From the NCBI GenBank assembly GCA_963662335.2, contig CAXXVD010000005.1, positions 160,001 through 224,000 of the forward strand: a DNA stretch of 64,000 nt, written 5' to 3'. Each line of letters begins with the position of its first letter. Within the stretch, counting starts at the first letter, position 1. Shown here in pieces: positions 1 to 9,666 of the stretch. Source of the stretch: Chloroflexota bacterium (lineage in GTDB: Bacteria; Chloroflexota; UBA11872; VXOZ01). The notes below the pieces were generated by a model, which saw only the letters and a list, made by a program, of their open reading frames with translations, had not been told where the DNA came from and made no database searches. The translations under genes were made by a program, and so were the position numbers.

Positions 1-7
1 GCTCTTC

Positions 8-1654
8 ATGGCGGGCAGCGCCGAATTGCTGCGGCTGGTCATCCTGGCGCTGGCGCCGGAATCCACGCTTGGCGTGAGCGACGACTGGTGGCTGGAGCGC
101 CTGAGCTTGAACCTGGCCCTGGTCGCGGTCGGCGCGCCGCTCTGGATTGGACATTGGATTTGGGCACAACGGCTGGCGCGCGCCGCCGCCGAGCGGGGAG
201 AGCGAGAGGAAGCGGGCAGCGCCCTCCGCGCCCTCTACTTTCTCGGCGTGCTCGTCGTTACGCTGGTGCAAGCCGCCGGCGCGGCCGGTGAGATTCTCTT
301 TGTGCCGCTGGCCAGTCTCGCCGGCGCTTCTTTCCGCGCGCTCGCGCCGCTCGATAACCTCGCTGAGCTTCTCGTCTATGGTGTCTTCTGGCTGTACCAC
401 ATCCGCCAGCGGCCCGCGCCGGTGGCCCAGTCGGGGGCGGCGGCAACCATTTCCCGCTGGTACTGGTACGCCGCCTCCTTCGGCTGCTTGGGGGTAGTGG
501 TAAGCGCGGTCATTCCCGCCCTCTCCGCGATGCTCGAACGGCTGATAGGGGTGGATTCGGTAGACGCCGGCTGGTGGCAACTGCCGCTCGCCGACAACGC
601 CGCGTGGCTTATCGTGGGCGGCATCGGCTGGACGTATCACTGGGCCGTCATCCAACGCCAGGTCGCGGACGCTGAAAGCCCGGAACTCCGCTCCATCTTG
701 CGCAAGGTCTATCTCTACGCCCTGGTGGGCGCCAGCGCGGCGGGCGCGCTGCTGGCAGCCGGGCGCATTCTCTATTTGCTCCTGCTCGAGGCCATGGGCG
801 CGGTAGACGAGCGGCTGGGTTTCATCGATGAACTCACGTGGGTCTTGCCGGCGACGCTCGTGGCCGCCACCGGCTGGTTCTACCACCGGCATCACCTGCA
901 GCGGGACGCCGCCATGGTAACCGAACTGCCGCGCCAGGCCGCCATCCGCCGCGGCTACTCGTATATCCTCGCCGCAATCGGCATCGCCCTGCTGGCGGCC
1001 GGCGTCTTTGGCATATTGCGCCTGATTATTGGCATCTTGACCGGCCAGGCCGGAGCGCTCGACCTGCCCGAGCACTTCCTGCAGGAACAACTCAGCCTCT
1101 ACGTGACCTTGCTGCTGGTGGGCCTGGGCGCGTGGGTATGGTACTGGCGGCAGATACAGGGCCTCGTCGAGACGGACGTCAGCGGCGCAGAGCGCGGCTC
1201 GCTGGTGCGCCGCATCTATCTCTACCTGGCAGCTTCGGCCAGCGTGCTGGCGCTGGTGGTCGCGGCGGGCACGTTGCTCTACCAGGGGCTGCGTTCGATC
1301 CTCGGCATCAGCGCGGGCGACGAATTAGTCAATGCCTTGAACGTCAATCTCAGCGCCGGGCTCGTTGCCGCCGCGGCGCTCCCGTACCACGTGCGCTTCC
1401 TGCGCCGGGAACACCGGCCCCGCTCTCGGAATGTGAGCGACGACGCGACGCAACAAGCGGCGGCAGATGAAGCAGCGGGAGCGGCGGCCGGCAGCGTGGT
1501 GGTCACGATATCGGGCATAGACGCCCAGAGCGCGCGGAATCTCTTCGCTCAGTCCGCGCTGCCGGAGGGCGCAACCCTAACCCTGACCGAGAGCGCGCTT
1601 TCGCCGGACGAAATACAGTCGCGGCTGAAGAGCGCGCAGCGAGAAGATGGCTAG
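8..1654 (+). CDS. Polytopic membrane protein, DUF5671-like repeats; probably 5'-truncated by the window edge
   Basis: About 10 hydrophobic helices; repeated [LI]R[RK]xY[LF]Y motif (ALRALYF, ISRWYWY, LRKVYLY, IRRGYSY, VRRIYLY); frame is open to the window start. Confidence 0.65.
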   Translation: MAGSAELLRLVILALAPESTLGVSDDWWLERLSLNLALVAVGAPLWIGHWIWAQRLARAAAERGEREEAGSALRALYFLGVLVVTLVQAAGAAGEILFVPLASLAGASFRALAPLDNLAELLVYGVFWLYHIRQRPAPVAQSGAAATISRWYWYAASFGCLGVVVSAVIPALSAMLERLIGVDSVDAGWWQLPLADNAAWLIVGGIGWTYHWAVIQRQVADAESPELRSILRKVYLYALVGASAAGALLAAGRILYLLLLEAMGAVDERLGFIDELTWVLPATLVAATGWFYHRHHLQRDAAMVTELPRQAAIRRGYSYILAAIGIALLAAGVFGILRLIIGILTGQAGALDLPEHFLQEQLSLYVTLLLVGLGAWVWYWRQIQGLVETDVSGAERGSLVRRIYLYLAASASVLALVVAAGTLLYQGLRSILGISAGDELVNALNVNLSAGLVAAAALPYHVRFLRREHRPRSRNVSDDATQQAAADEAAGAAAGSVVVTISGIDAQSARNLFAQSALPEGATLTLTESALSPDEIQSRLKSAQREDG

Positions 1655-2712
1655 ACGTGCGCGGGCGCCCGCGCGTGCGTGAGCGCCGCCACCGCATCCT
1701 GGGCCGCTCCAATTGCCGTCTCTACGTCTTCCGCCGTGATTTGATGGTAGGTGACCAGGCGAATGCGGTCTTCCGAGACCGCGCTGCACTTCACGCCGCG
1801 TTCCGCCAGCCCGTCCACCACGTGCTGCGCCGCGCCCACCGATGGGTCAACGTCGATGTAGACCATGTTGGTCTCAACCGGGTCAGCCGCGATGCCGTCG
1901 ATTGCGCCAAGCCCTTCTCCCAGCCGCCGCGCGTTGGCGTGGTCTTGGGGCAGTTTCTGCGGGATCGTCTCCAGGGCCACGATGCCGGCCGCCGCCAGCA
2001 CGCCCGACTGCCGCAGGCCGCCGCCCAGCATCCGCCGGAAACGCCGCGCCATCTCGATGTACTCCCGGTCGCCGCAGATGATCGAGCCTACCGGCGCGCT
2101 CAGGGCTTTGGAAAGGCAGAAGGTCACGGAATCTACGTATTGCACGACTTCAGACACCGGCACGTTGAGCGCGGCGGCGGCATTGAAGACGCGCGCGCCG
2201 TCCATGTGCACGTTTATGTCTAGTTCGTCCGCCAGGTCCCGGATGCCCGCCAGCGTGGACAGCGGAAAGACGGCCCCGCCGCCGCGATTGTTGGTGTTTT
2301 CCAGACAGATGAGGCGCGTCGGCGAAAAGGCGTCGTAGGGCCGCCGCAGCACGCTGCGGATGTCGTCGGCGGTGAGAATGCCGCGCTCAGAGGGCGCGAT
2401 GCGCGGCGAGGCGCCCGCTACGCACGCGAAGTCGCCGGCCTCGGTGGTGACGATGTGCGCCTCGTCCGCCACGATGAACTCGTCGCCGTTGCGGCAGTGG
2501 GTGAGCAGACAGACGAGATTGCCCTGCGTCCCGCTCGTTACGAGCAGCGCCGCCTCCTTGCCCGTGACCTCCGCCGCCATCGCTTCCAGGCGATTGACGG
2601 ACGGGTCTTCTCGATAGCAGTCGTCGCCGACTTCCGCCGTGGCCATGGCTTCCCGCATTTCGGCGGTCGGCATGCTTACGGTATCGCTGCGCAGGTCGAT
2701 TGTCCGGGACAT
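1651..2712 (-). CDS. ltaE: Low-specificity L-threonine aldolase (PLP-dependent)
   Basis: IDLRSDT, VGDD, SGTQGN, HMDGAR and FCLSKALSAPVGS motifs; start moved to ATG 2712 behind a GAGGGAG RBS. Confidence 0.9.
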   Translation of the reverse strand: MSRTIDLRSDTVSMPTAEMREAMATAEVGDDCYREDPSVNRLEAMAAEVTGKEAALLVTSGTQGNLVCLLTHCRNGDEFIVADEAHIVTTEAGDFACVAGASPRIAPSERGILTADDIRSVLRRPYDAFSPTRLICLENTNNRGGGAVFPLSTLAGIRDLADELDINVHMDGARVFNAAAALNVPVSEVVQYVDSVTFCLSKALSAPVGSIICGDREYIEMARRFRRMLGGGLRQSGVLAAAGIVALETIPQKLPQDHANARRLGEGLGAIDGIAADPVETNMVYIDVDPSVGAAQHVVDGLAERGVKCSAVSEDRIRLVTYHQITAEDVETAIGAAQDAVAALTHARAPAHV

Positions 2713-2890
2713 TGTCAAACTCCCTCGCTCCAGAGTTGCTGAATTGCCATTGTGATGCTCTTGCCGGCTCGTACTCGCCACTGCCCGCACGGAAATTCGG
2801 GGCCTGCCGCGCCGGACCGGAAGACCGGCTGAACAGATAAGCGTGCTCTACCCTCTAGTATAGATTCATCCCTTGGCCGGCGCACCTGCG

Positions 2891-3074
2891 CGGTAGGGGC
2901 ACGACACATCGTGCCTCTACCGGCATTGGTACGACCGCCACCCGGTAGCGCGGGGGCTTGTCCCCCGCCTCTTGGCCCGCATCGAAGGCAACACCTTTGC
3001 ACACGCGCAAGACCGCTCCGGCCCACACGTCTCCCCCGGCCGCGGTAGGGGCACGATATATCGTGCCCCTACCG
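2891..3074. repeat. Cluster of three GTAG-type REP-like palindromes
   Basis: GTAGGGGCACGACACATCGTGCCTCTAC (2893-2920), GTAGCGCGGGGGCTTGTCCCCCGC (2945-2968), GTAGGGGCACGATATATCGTGCCCCTAC (3045-3072); related copies occur elsewhere in the window. Confidence 0.8.
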
Positions 3075-3101
3075 GCGCGGGAGACGGACACCGTAGGGGA
3101 A

Positions 3102-4115
3102 TCAACCCGCGCCTTCTTCGAAGAATCGCGCCAATTCATCGCGCGGAAACGACGGCAATTCGTGCCACGCGCCGTCCACCTGCATGCGCACACCCTGCGC
3201 GGGTTCCGTCAGCCGGCCGATAGCGGCGGCGGGAATGCCCGCGCCCCGCAGCGCCGCCAGCGCCGCGACCACGTCTGCCGGCGCAACCGCCGCAAGCAAC
3301 GCCCCCGACGCCAGCAGGCCCAGCGGGTCAAGCCCCAGCGCCTCGCAAACTACCGCTGTTTCCGGAAGAATTGGAACTACGTCCAGGTCGACGGACAGTC
3401 CGCATGCCGCTCCCGCCGCCAGTTCCGCCAGGGCCGCCGCCAGACCGCCTTCCGTGGGATCGTGCATGGCGCGCGGACGCACGGCGCGGCACAAGGCCTC
3501 CGCGGCGGGCACGACGCTAATGCCGGGGTCGTCCAGATAGGCTTGCGCGCGGGCAATGGCAGCGGTCGGCACGCCCTGGGCGGCGAGTTCATTGCTGGCG
3601 TCCTGCGCGAGGATGGCGACGCCCTCGAGCGCGATGCCCTGTGTCAGCAAAATCACGTCCCCGGGCCGGGCGTTCGCGTTCACCACCAGCCGGTCTTTCG
3701 CGACCTCACCCAGGAGCGTGCCGGCCAGGATCGGCCGTTCCACGCCGTCGGTCACCTCGGTGTGCCCGCCAACCAGCGTGACGCCGAGCGCGCGGCAGGC
3801 TTCCTTGAGGTCAGTGAATATCTCTGCGACGGTTTCCGGCGTGCAGTTCGGCGGCAGGAGCAACGTGCCGAGAAACCAGCGCGGCCGCGCGCCCATGGTT
3901 GCCACGTCGTTGACGTTGATTTGCAGCGCGTACCAGCCGATGCGGTGCGCCGTAAACGTAATCGGGTCGCTATTCGCAATCAGATAGCGCTCGCCAATGT
4001 CCAGCACGGCGGCGTCTTCACCAAAGCGCGGCCCGACGATGACGTCCGGGTCGTCAATGGGAATGCCCGCGAGCAATTCCCGCAAGAGGTCCGGCGGCAG
4101 CTTGCCCTGGAGCAT
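3102..4115 (-). CDS. AIR synthase-related (PurM/HypE/SelD/ThiL superfamily) protein, function unknown
   Basis: GKLP, GEDAAV, SDPIT, NVNDVATMGARP, GGHTEVT and MHDPTEGG motifs. Confidence 0.85.
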   Translation of the reverse strand: MLQGKLPPDLLRELLAGIPIDDPDVIVGPRFGEDAAVLDIGERYLIANSDPITFTAHRIGWYALQINVNDVATMGARPRWFLGTLLLPPNCTPETVAEIFTDLKEACRALGVTLVGGHTEVTDGVERPILAGTLLGEVAKDRLVVNANARPGDVILLTQGIALEGVAILAQDASNELAAQGVPTAAIARAQAYLDDPGISVVPAAEALCRAVRPRAMHDPTEGGLAAALAELAAGAACGLSVDLDVVPILPETAVVCEALGLDPLGLLASGALLAAVAPADVVAALAALRGAGIPAAAIGRLTEPAQGVRMQVDGAWHELPSFPRDELARFFEEGAG

Positions 4116-4119
4116 TGGC

Positions 4120-5595
4120 TCAGCCCTTGATTACGCCAATGGGCCGCACCCGCGCCACCACGCGGGCAATGCCGGACTGCTCGACCACGTTCACCACCTC
4201 GCGCACGTCCTTGTAGGCGTCGCTCGCCTCCTCGGCCAAGCCGGCCTTGCTCTGGGCGCGCACGACAATGCCCTTGTCCCGCAATGCGCGCGTCAGGTCT
4301 ACGCCGGCCAGTTTCTTCTTGGCCGCGCCCCGGCTCAGCAGCCGGCCCGCGCCGTGGCACGTGGAGGCGAACGTCTCCCGCCGCGCGCGTTCCTGGCCCA
4401 CCAGCACGTACGAATAGCGGCCCATGTCGCCGGGAATCAGCACCGGCTGGCCCACCGCGCGGTACTTGGCGGGCACGTCGGGGTCTCCCGCGGGCAGAGC
4501 GCGCGTTGCGCCCTTGCGGTGGACGCAGAGCGTTTGCTCCGCGCCGTTCACGCGATGCCGTTCCAGCTTGGCGATATTGTGGGCCACGTCGTAGACCACG
4601 CCGACCTCGACGCCGGTTCCCGAGCGGCCCAGCACGTGCCCCAACGCCCGCCGGGTGCGCTCGGTAATGGCCTGGCGGTTGGCAAAGGCGAAATTCGCGG
4701 CGGCGGCCATTGCGCCGAGATACGACTGGCCCTCCGGCGACCGTATAGGCGCGCAGGCCAACTGCTTATCGGGAAGGGTGATGCGGTACTCCTGCATGGC
4801 GCGTTGCATAACGCCGAGATACTCCTGGCAGACCTGGTGCCCCAGCCCGCGCGAGCCCGTGTGGATGGACACCATCACCTGGCCAAGTTCCGTGATGCCA
4901 AACGCGCGGGCGGCCTGTTCGTCCGCAATCGTCTCCACCACCTGCATTTCCAGGAAGTGGTTGCCGGAGCCCAGCGAACCAAGCTGCGGCGCGCCGCGTT
5001 GGCGTGCCCGGTCGCTGACCATAGACGTGTCCGCCCCGGGCAAATTCCCGCCGGCTTCGATCGCGTCCAGGTCTTCACGGCTGCCGTGCCCGTTCGCCAC
5101 CGCCCACGCCGCGCCCCCGGCGAGCGCGCCCTCTACGTCTATAGATGGGCCGCGCTTCTTCTTGCGGCCGCGTCCAAGTCCGGTGGGCACGTCGCGAAAG
5201 AGTTGGTTTACAATCTCCGGCAGCCGATCGCTCACATCCCTTTCGCGCAGGTTCGTCCGCAGCAGCCGCACGCCGCAGTTTATGTCAAATCCCACGCCCC
5301 CCGGCGAGACCACGCCGTCCTCGAGCCGCATCGCCGCCACGCCGCCAATGGGAAAGCCGTAGCCCCAGTGAATGTCCGGCATAGCGAGCGCGTGTCCCAC
5401 GATGCCCGGCAGCGTCGCCATGTTTGCCACCTGCTGCATCGCCATGTCGCCGGCCATCGCGTCGATCATGGCCTCGTCGGCGAAGATCAGCCCCGGTACC
5501 CTCATACCGTCCATGTATTCGGCCGGCAGTTCCCAGCGGACCGCGTCCTGCCGGCGCAGCACGCTGCGCCAGTTTTGCGGCGCTTTCTCTTTCAT
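4120..5595 (-). CDS. rtcB: RNA-splicing/repair ligase RtcB, archaeal-type
   Basis: MPDIHWGYGFPIGG, GFDINCGVR, GSGNHF, IHTGSRG, HRKGAT, STCHGAGR and terminal IKG motifs. Confidence 0.96.
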   Translation of the reverse strand: MKEKAPQNWRSVLRRQDAVRWELPAEYMDGMRVPGLIFADEAMIDAMAGDMAMQQVANMATLPGIVGHALAMPDIHWGYGFPIGGVAAMRLEDGVVSPGGVGFDINCGVRLLRTNLRERDVSDRLPEIVNQLFRDVPTGLGRGRKKKRGPSIDVEGALAGGAAWAVANGHGSREDLDAIEAGGNLPGADTSMVSDRARQRGAPQLGSLGSGNHFLEMQVVETIADEQAARAFGITELGQVMVSIHTGSRGLGHQVCQEYLGVMQRAMQEYRITLPDKQLACAPIRSPEGQSYLGAMAAAANFAFANRQAITERTRRALGHVLGRSGTGVEVGVVYDVAHNIAKLERHRVNGAEQTLCVHRKGATRALPAGDPDVPAKYRAVGQPVLIPGDMGRYSYVLVGQERARRETFASTCHGAGRLLSRGAAKKKLAGVDLTRALRDKGIVVRAQSKAGLAEEASDAYKDVREVVNVVEQSGIARVVARVRPIGVIKG

Positions 5596-5609
5596 GCTCT
5601 CTCACCTAG

Positions 5610-6044
5610 TTAGATGTCGAAGAGTACCTGTACCGTCGTGCGGGCGGGCGTTACCGCGACATCGAGTTGATGGTACGTCACCGCCTTGATCTCCACGCCC
5701 TCGGCCGCATCTTCATCTTCAAGAATAACCCCATGGACGGTGGCGGAGCATTGCGGCGGGACGCACGCGGCGATGTCGCACGCTTGCGCCGCCAGACCTT
5801 CCACGCTGAACCGGAAGAGCAACTCTGCCAGCCAGTTGACCAGAAGGTCGGGCCACGTATCGCCATAGACAGTAACGGAGCGCGCGACTCTCGGCCCGGT
5901 CACGTCAGCCGGGTCTCTGCCAAGCGTAATGGCGTACATGCCTTGAGCGGCGGCGGCAAAGGCAGCGGCCGGCGTCGGCCCCCAGGCGCGCACGCCGACG
6001 TCGGCCGTATGCTCCACGATTGCGTACCCGGCGTCATTCGCCAT
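5610..6044 (-). CDS. Archease (RtcB activator)
   Basis: EHTADVG, LVNWLAELL, EIKAVTYHQL and C-terminal FDI; immediately upstream of rtcB. Confidence 0.93.
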   Translation of the reverse strand: MANDAGYAIVEHTADVGVRAWGPTPAAAFAAAAQGMYAITLGRDPADVTGPRVARSVTVYGDTWPDLLVNWLAELLFRFSVEGLAAQACDIAACVPPQCSATVHGVILEDEDAAEGVEIKAVTYHQLDVAVTPARTTVQVLFDI

Positions 6045-8538
6045 GCCCGTGGCCGTGGCTGTGCAAGCGCCCTTCCAGGTGCGCTTTTGCGTGCTGGAAC
6101 ACCTGGCGCACGCCGGCGTGGCGCTCCTCGTCCGCGCGCGTCGCCAGCGTATCGAGCCACGTCAGGCCGCCGTCCAGGATGGTCATCATGTACGTGGCGT
6201 CGCTGGGATTGAAGAGTTCCTGGTTGCCGGCTACCACGTAGACCGGCGAGGTGTGCGCCGCCACGTTCACCACCCACGTGTGCTGCACCTCCAGCGAACT
6301 CACGCAGCGCGCCGCGATCCAGCCGCTGCCGCTGAGCTTCACGTCCCGGCTAACGCGGCAACTCTTCCCGCCGTCGGACACGGTTTCCGTGGCCACCACC
6401 GCTCCGTTGCAAACGATCTGCAGTTCCTGGAACGGCAGCACCGATTCCGCCCAGGCCTCGACCGTCAGCGTGCCGCCGCCGGCCGGCAGTTTCAGTTCGT
6501 CGCCGGGTTGCTTGCCTTCCACGCGCACGTCGATCAACGGGCCGCTGGTGGTGAACGTGCGCCCGCTGCGTACGGCCTGCGCCCACGTGCCAAAGGAGAA
6601 GTCATCCTGCAGGAGCGCGTACGTGCGCACGCCGCCCACGGGAATGGCGGCGCTCATCTTGTCCGTGCCGCCCACCGCCGCGACCCGATAGCCGTTGTTG
6701 AGGAAGCGGTACCACTCGTGTATGCCAAAGTTATCGATCGTAGGCGTAAAGTACTTGAGTTCGACCGCGTCCACTTTGCCCAGCACGATCTCCGCTACCG
6801 CCTCCGTGTACGGATTGGGAAAGTGCGGGATGACCACCAGGCCGTCGCGCTCCCGCGCCCGGTCCGCCCACTCGCTCATGCTGCTCAGCACTGGATCGCC
6901 CAGGTAGCTTTCGCCCGGCCCGGCGGTCGTCATGGGATAGACCGGTTCGCCTTTCACCCCCAGCAGGCTGATGTGGCCTAAAAGGTGCTGGCGGTTTTCC
7001 GTGCCCACGTAGACCACGGTATCGTCCCGGCTCACGCCGGAGACCTCGCCGGTGATGTCGGCCACGTTCGTATAGAGATCCCCCCACTGGGAAGCGAGGA
7101 GATTGATGAGGTTGACGCCCTCGGCCTGGCCCTCCAGCCACGCGGTCTGGGGCGAGATGAAGTGCACGTGGGTGTCGGCGGTGACCCAGCCCTGCGCGCG
7201 CCAGTTCAGCGGTCGCGCCAACTTGAGAGTGAGTTCCCGCTGCCCCGGCGCGATGGTGAGGCGTGTGCGCAGCGGCTGGTACTCGAAGCCCTTGAAGATC
7301 TCGACGAAGACCTCGCCCACCGGCAGTTCGATTTGAAACGTGCCGTCCACGTAGGCGTACTGGGTCTCGCCCAGCTTGAGGTCGCCCGCGTAGTCCTCGA
7401 ACCAGTTGGCGTTTACCTCGTGGCGGTGGCCGTACGGCGGAAAATAGCGGCCGTCGGGCGCGCGGAAATGGACGCGGGCCGCGGTCGGCGTGCCGCTCGC
7501 GGCGTCTTCCAGGCGCATGTGCACCCACGTACGTTCCGGCGTCAGCACCTCCACCCGCACTTTGCCGTCGCCGCTTGTGCTCGCGCCGCTGTCGTAGAGC
7601 GACTCCATGGGCACCGCGCGTCCGGCCACGTCTAAGGTTGCGTCGGGGCTGGCGGTCACGTCAACGACCAGCGACCGCTCTGCCTCGCCGTCCGGCGCTT
7701 CACCCAGGCCGGGCGCTTCATCCGCCAGCCAGGTTTCCGGGTCGAAGGCCGGCACCGCGTACTTGCGCGCCAAAGTCCCCAGGTCAACCGTCACCGGCGT
7801 CTCTTCCGGCGAGCCGTCTTTCAGTTCCGGCGGCAGCGCGATGCGAAAGCTCTCCAGCCGATTGTGGCGCAGGGGATGGTGCGGGCCGGTGTAGAGCGTA
7901 ATGCCCGCAACCACGACGTTGGCTGTGCTCGTGGCTGCCAGATGCAACGAATCCACCACCTGCTCGGGGTGCGCGTTGGGCAGCGCGTAGATCCAGAAAT
8001 TCGACGCCGCACCAGCCCGCCGCATCTGGAGGCCCGTCTGCCAGTATCCCCACGCGCCGCGCGGATACGGCCCGTTGATGTCCGCCGGCGCCATGCCGCT
8101 CTGCGGCCGGGCGGCAAAGGCCATCTGTCCCCAGGCAACGGTCGAGTTAATCTCAAACCGCCGCCGGACGGGATGCACCTGCTGCTCGCCGCCGGCGTAG
8201 CGCAGCGTGTAGGCGGCAAGCTGCTCGCCAGGGCTCAGCACCATGCCGCTCATACCGGGCTGCGCTGACACCCCAGGCTCAGCGTCACAGAAGTGTGCAA
8301 AGACAAAATAGGTAATGCCGCTGCGCCCAACCGGCACGTCAACGCCGGCCTCGGTCAAGCGAATCCAGCTTTGGGGCGCGTCCGAGCCGCCAAGCGCGAA
8401 GGGGATTCCCCAGAACGCTTGCTCTCCCTCCGGCAGTTTCGCCAGTTCCGCCGCCACGGGCGCATCCCAGGAGGCCAGGTCGTCGTGACGCCCAGCGTTC
8501 CGCGCGCCCGTCAAGTCGAGCGGCGTCGAGTAATTCAT
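6034..8538 (-). CDS. CehA/McbA-family metallohydrolase (carbamate hydrolase-like, PHP-type metal site)
   Basis: ARVHF..DGRY, KGFEY, GWVTADTHVH, ENRQHLLGHISLLG, WYRFLNNG and GGTDKMS motifs; His-rich tail. Confidence 0.8.
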   Translation of the reverse strand: MNYSTPLDLTGARNAGRHDDLASWDAPVAAELAKLPEGEQAFWGIPFALGGSDAPQSWIRLTEAGVDVPVGRSGITYFVFAHFCDAEPGVSAQPGMSGMVLSPGEQLAAYTLRYAGGEQQVHPVRRRFEINSTVAWGQMAFAARPQSGMAPADINGPYPRGAWGYWQTGLQMRRAGAASNFWIYALPNAHPEQVVDSLHLAATSTANVVVAGITLYTGPHHPLRHNRLESFRIALPPELKDGSPEETPVTVDLGTLARKYAVPAFDPETWLADEAPGLGEAPDGEAERSLVVDVTASPDATLDVAGRAVPMESLYDSGASTSGDGKVRVEVLTPERTWVHMRLEDAASGTPTAARVHFRAPDGRYFPPYGHRHEVNANWFEDYAGDLKLGETQYAYVDGTFQIELPVGEVFVEIFKGFEYQPLRTRLTIAPGQRELTLKLARPLNWRAQGWVTADTHVHFISPQTAWLEGQAEGVNLINLLASQWGDLYTNVADITGEVSGVSRDDTVVYVGTENRQHLLGHISLLGVKGEPVYPMTTAGPGESYLGDPVLSSMSEWADRARERDGLVVIPHFPNPYTEAVAEIVLGKVDAVELKYFTPTIDNFGIHEWYRFLNNGYRVAAVGGTDKMSAAIPVGGVRTYALLQDDFSFGTWAQAVRSGRTFTTSGPLIDVRVEGKQPGDELKLPAGGGTLTVEAWAESVLPFQELQIVCNGAVVATETVSDGGKSCRVSRDVKLSGSGWIAARCVSSLEVQHTWVVNVAAHTSPVYVVAGNQELFNPSDATYMMTILDGGLTWLDTLATRADEERHAGVRQVFQHAKAHLEGRLHSHGHGHGE

Positions 8539-8611
8539 TGGAGGTCCTCCTGGATGCGCTGCGGATAGTCACACGAAGCGGCGCCGTGCCGCCGGGCGTT
8601 GCCGTGGTTGC

Positions 8612-8640
8612 ACGATACCACGATTTCTCTGGGGCAACAA
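8612..8640 (-). promoter_or_regulatory. Possible sigma70-type promoter for the cehA-like/archease/rtcB operon
   Basis: TTGTTG-17 nt-TATCGT with extended TG; weak match. Confidence 0.3.
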
Positions 8641-8668
8641 CGGGGTTGCAAGAGGGAGGATTGCGCGC

Positions 8669-9658
8669 TTACTGCTGGCGGGGATTCTGGGGGTTCATGT
8701 CTTGCACCGCTTGTAGGGCGCGCATGGTGGGCAAGACGGCTGCGCCGGAGACTGTGGATTCCCGCTCCTGGCGGATGGCGGTGATGAACTCGATGTCCTG
8801 CAAGTAGACCGCGCTGGCTTCCTCATTCTCGCCGCCGGCGGCGATGATCCGACTTGATGGGTCAACCAGTTTGCCGTCCCGCACCGCCAGCGTCGTCTCT
8901 TCGCCAATGATGAGGATTTCGAGCAACGGGCGCATCGTGTTGTAGGAGAGCGCGCAGGAAACCACCTGCTCGCGCGGCGTGCGCAGGGATACCGCCAGGT
9001 CCAATGGGATGCCGAGTTCAGAATGCGGCGGCCCCATGTAGCCCGCCGCGTCTTGCGCCGGCTCTCCCAGCAGCCACAGGGCCGTGTCCACCGCGTGGCA
9101 GCCGTGGTGCCAGAGCAGATTGTCCGTCCACGAGCGCCGCCGGCCTTGCCAGTTCACGTTCTCCCGGCGCAGGAAGCCGTAGTGAATGAAGACGCTGTGC
9201 GCGCGCAATTCGCCCTCGGCAATGAACTGCCGCGCCGCCGCCAACGTGGGCCAGAAGCGCATGGTGTGGGCCACCATCATCAGGCAGCCGCGCTCCGCCG
9301 CGAGCGCCGTGAGCATCTCCGACTCGTCTAACGAAAGGGCAAGCGGGATTTCCACCAGCGCGTGCTTGCCGGCCGCGAGCGCGGCCTCCGTCTGCGCGGC
9401 GTGCTTGGCGCTGGGGGACGTGATTACGACCGCGTCTATGTCGTCCCGCGCCAGCGCTTCGTCGAGGTCCACGGTGGCCAGCGAAGCGCCGCATTTCGCG
9501 GCGAACGCCTGCGTCGGTTCCAGGAGCCGCCCCACCACCGCCCCAATCTCCACGCCCGGAATGCGCGCGAACGACCGCCGATGCACGTCGGCAATGCTGC
9601 CGTAACCTACCATGCACAGATTCATTTCTTGGCTTTCCCCGTGCGCGCCAAACTGCAT
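8669..9658 (-). CDS. Gfo/Idh/MocA oxidoreductase, LigC/PmdC-like
   Basis: Rossmann GYGSIA, GKHALVEIP, and RRSWTDNLLWHHGCHAVD resembling LigC RSWTDHLLWHHAAHTVD; alternative start at 9625. Confidence 0.75.
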   Translation of the reverse strand: MQFGAHGESQEMNLCMVGYGSIADVHRRSFARIPGVEIGAVVGRLLEPTQAFAAKCGASLATVDLDEALARDDIDAVVITSPSAKHAAQTEAALAAGKHALVEIPLALSLDESEMLTALAAERGCLMMVAHTMRFWPTLAAARQFIAEGELRAHSVFIHYGFLRRENVNWQGRRRSWTDNLLWHHGCHAVDTALWLLGEPAQDAAGYMGPPHSELGIPLDLAVSLRTPREQVVSCALSYNTMRPLLEILIIGEETTLAVRDGKLVDPSSRIIAAGGENEEASAVYLQDIEFITAIRQERESTVSGAAVLPTMRALQAVQDMNPQNPRQQ

Positions 9659-9666
9659 ACGTCCAT

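Noticed and set aside
3102-4115. Calling the PurM-like gene hypE, selD or thiL
   Set aside because: No C-terminal PRIC of HypE, no N-terminal Cys/Sec motif of SelD, and no hydrogenase or thiamine context
3997-5613. Long plus-strand ORF opposite rtcB, and similar ones at 12263-14077, 20228-21727, 31844-33301 and 50857-52776
   Set aside because: Typical antisense ORFs of high-GC genes with no protein motifs
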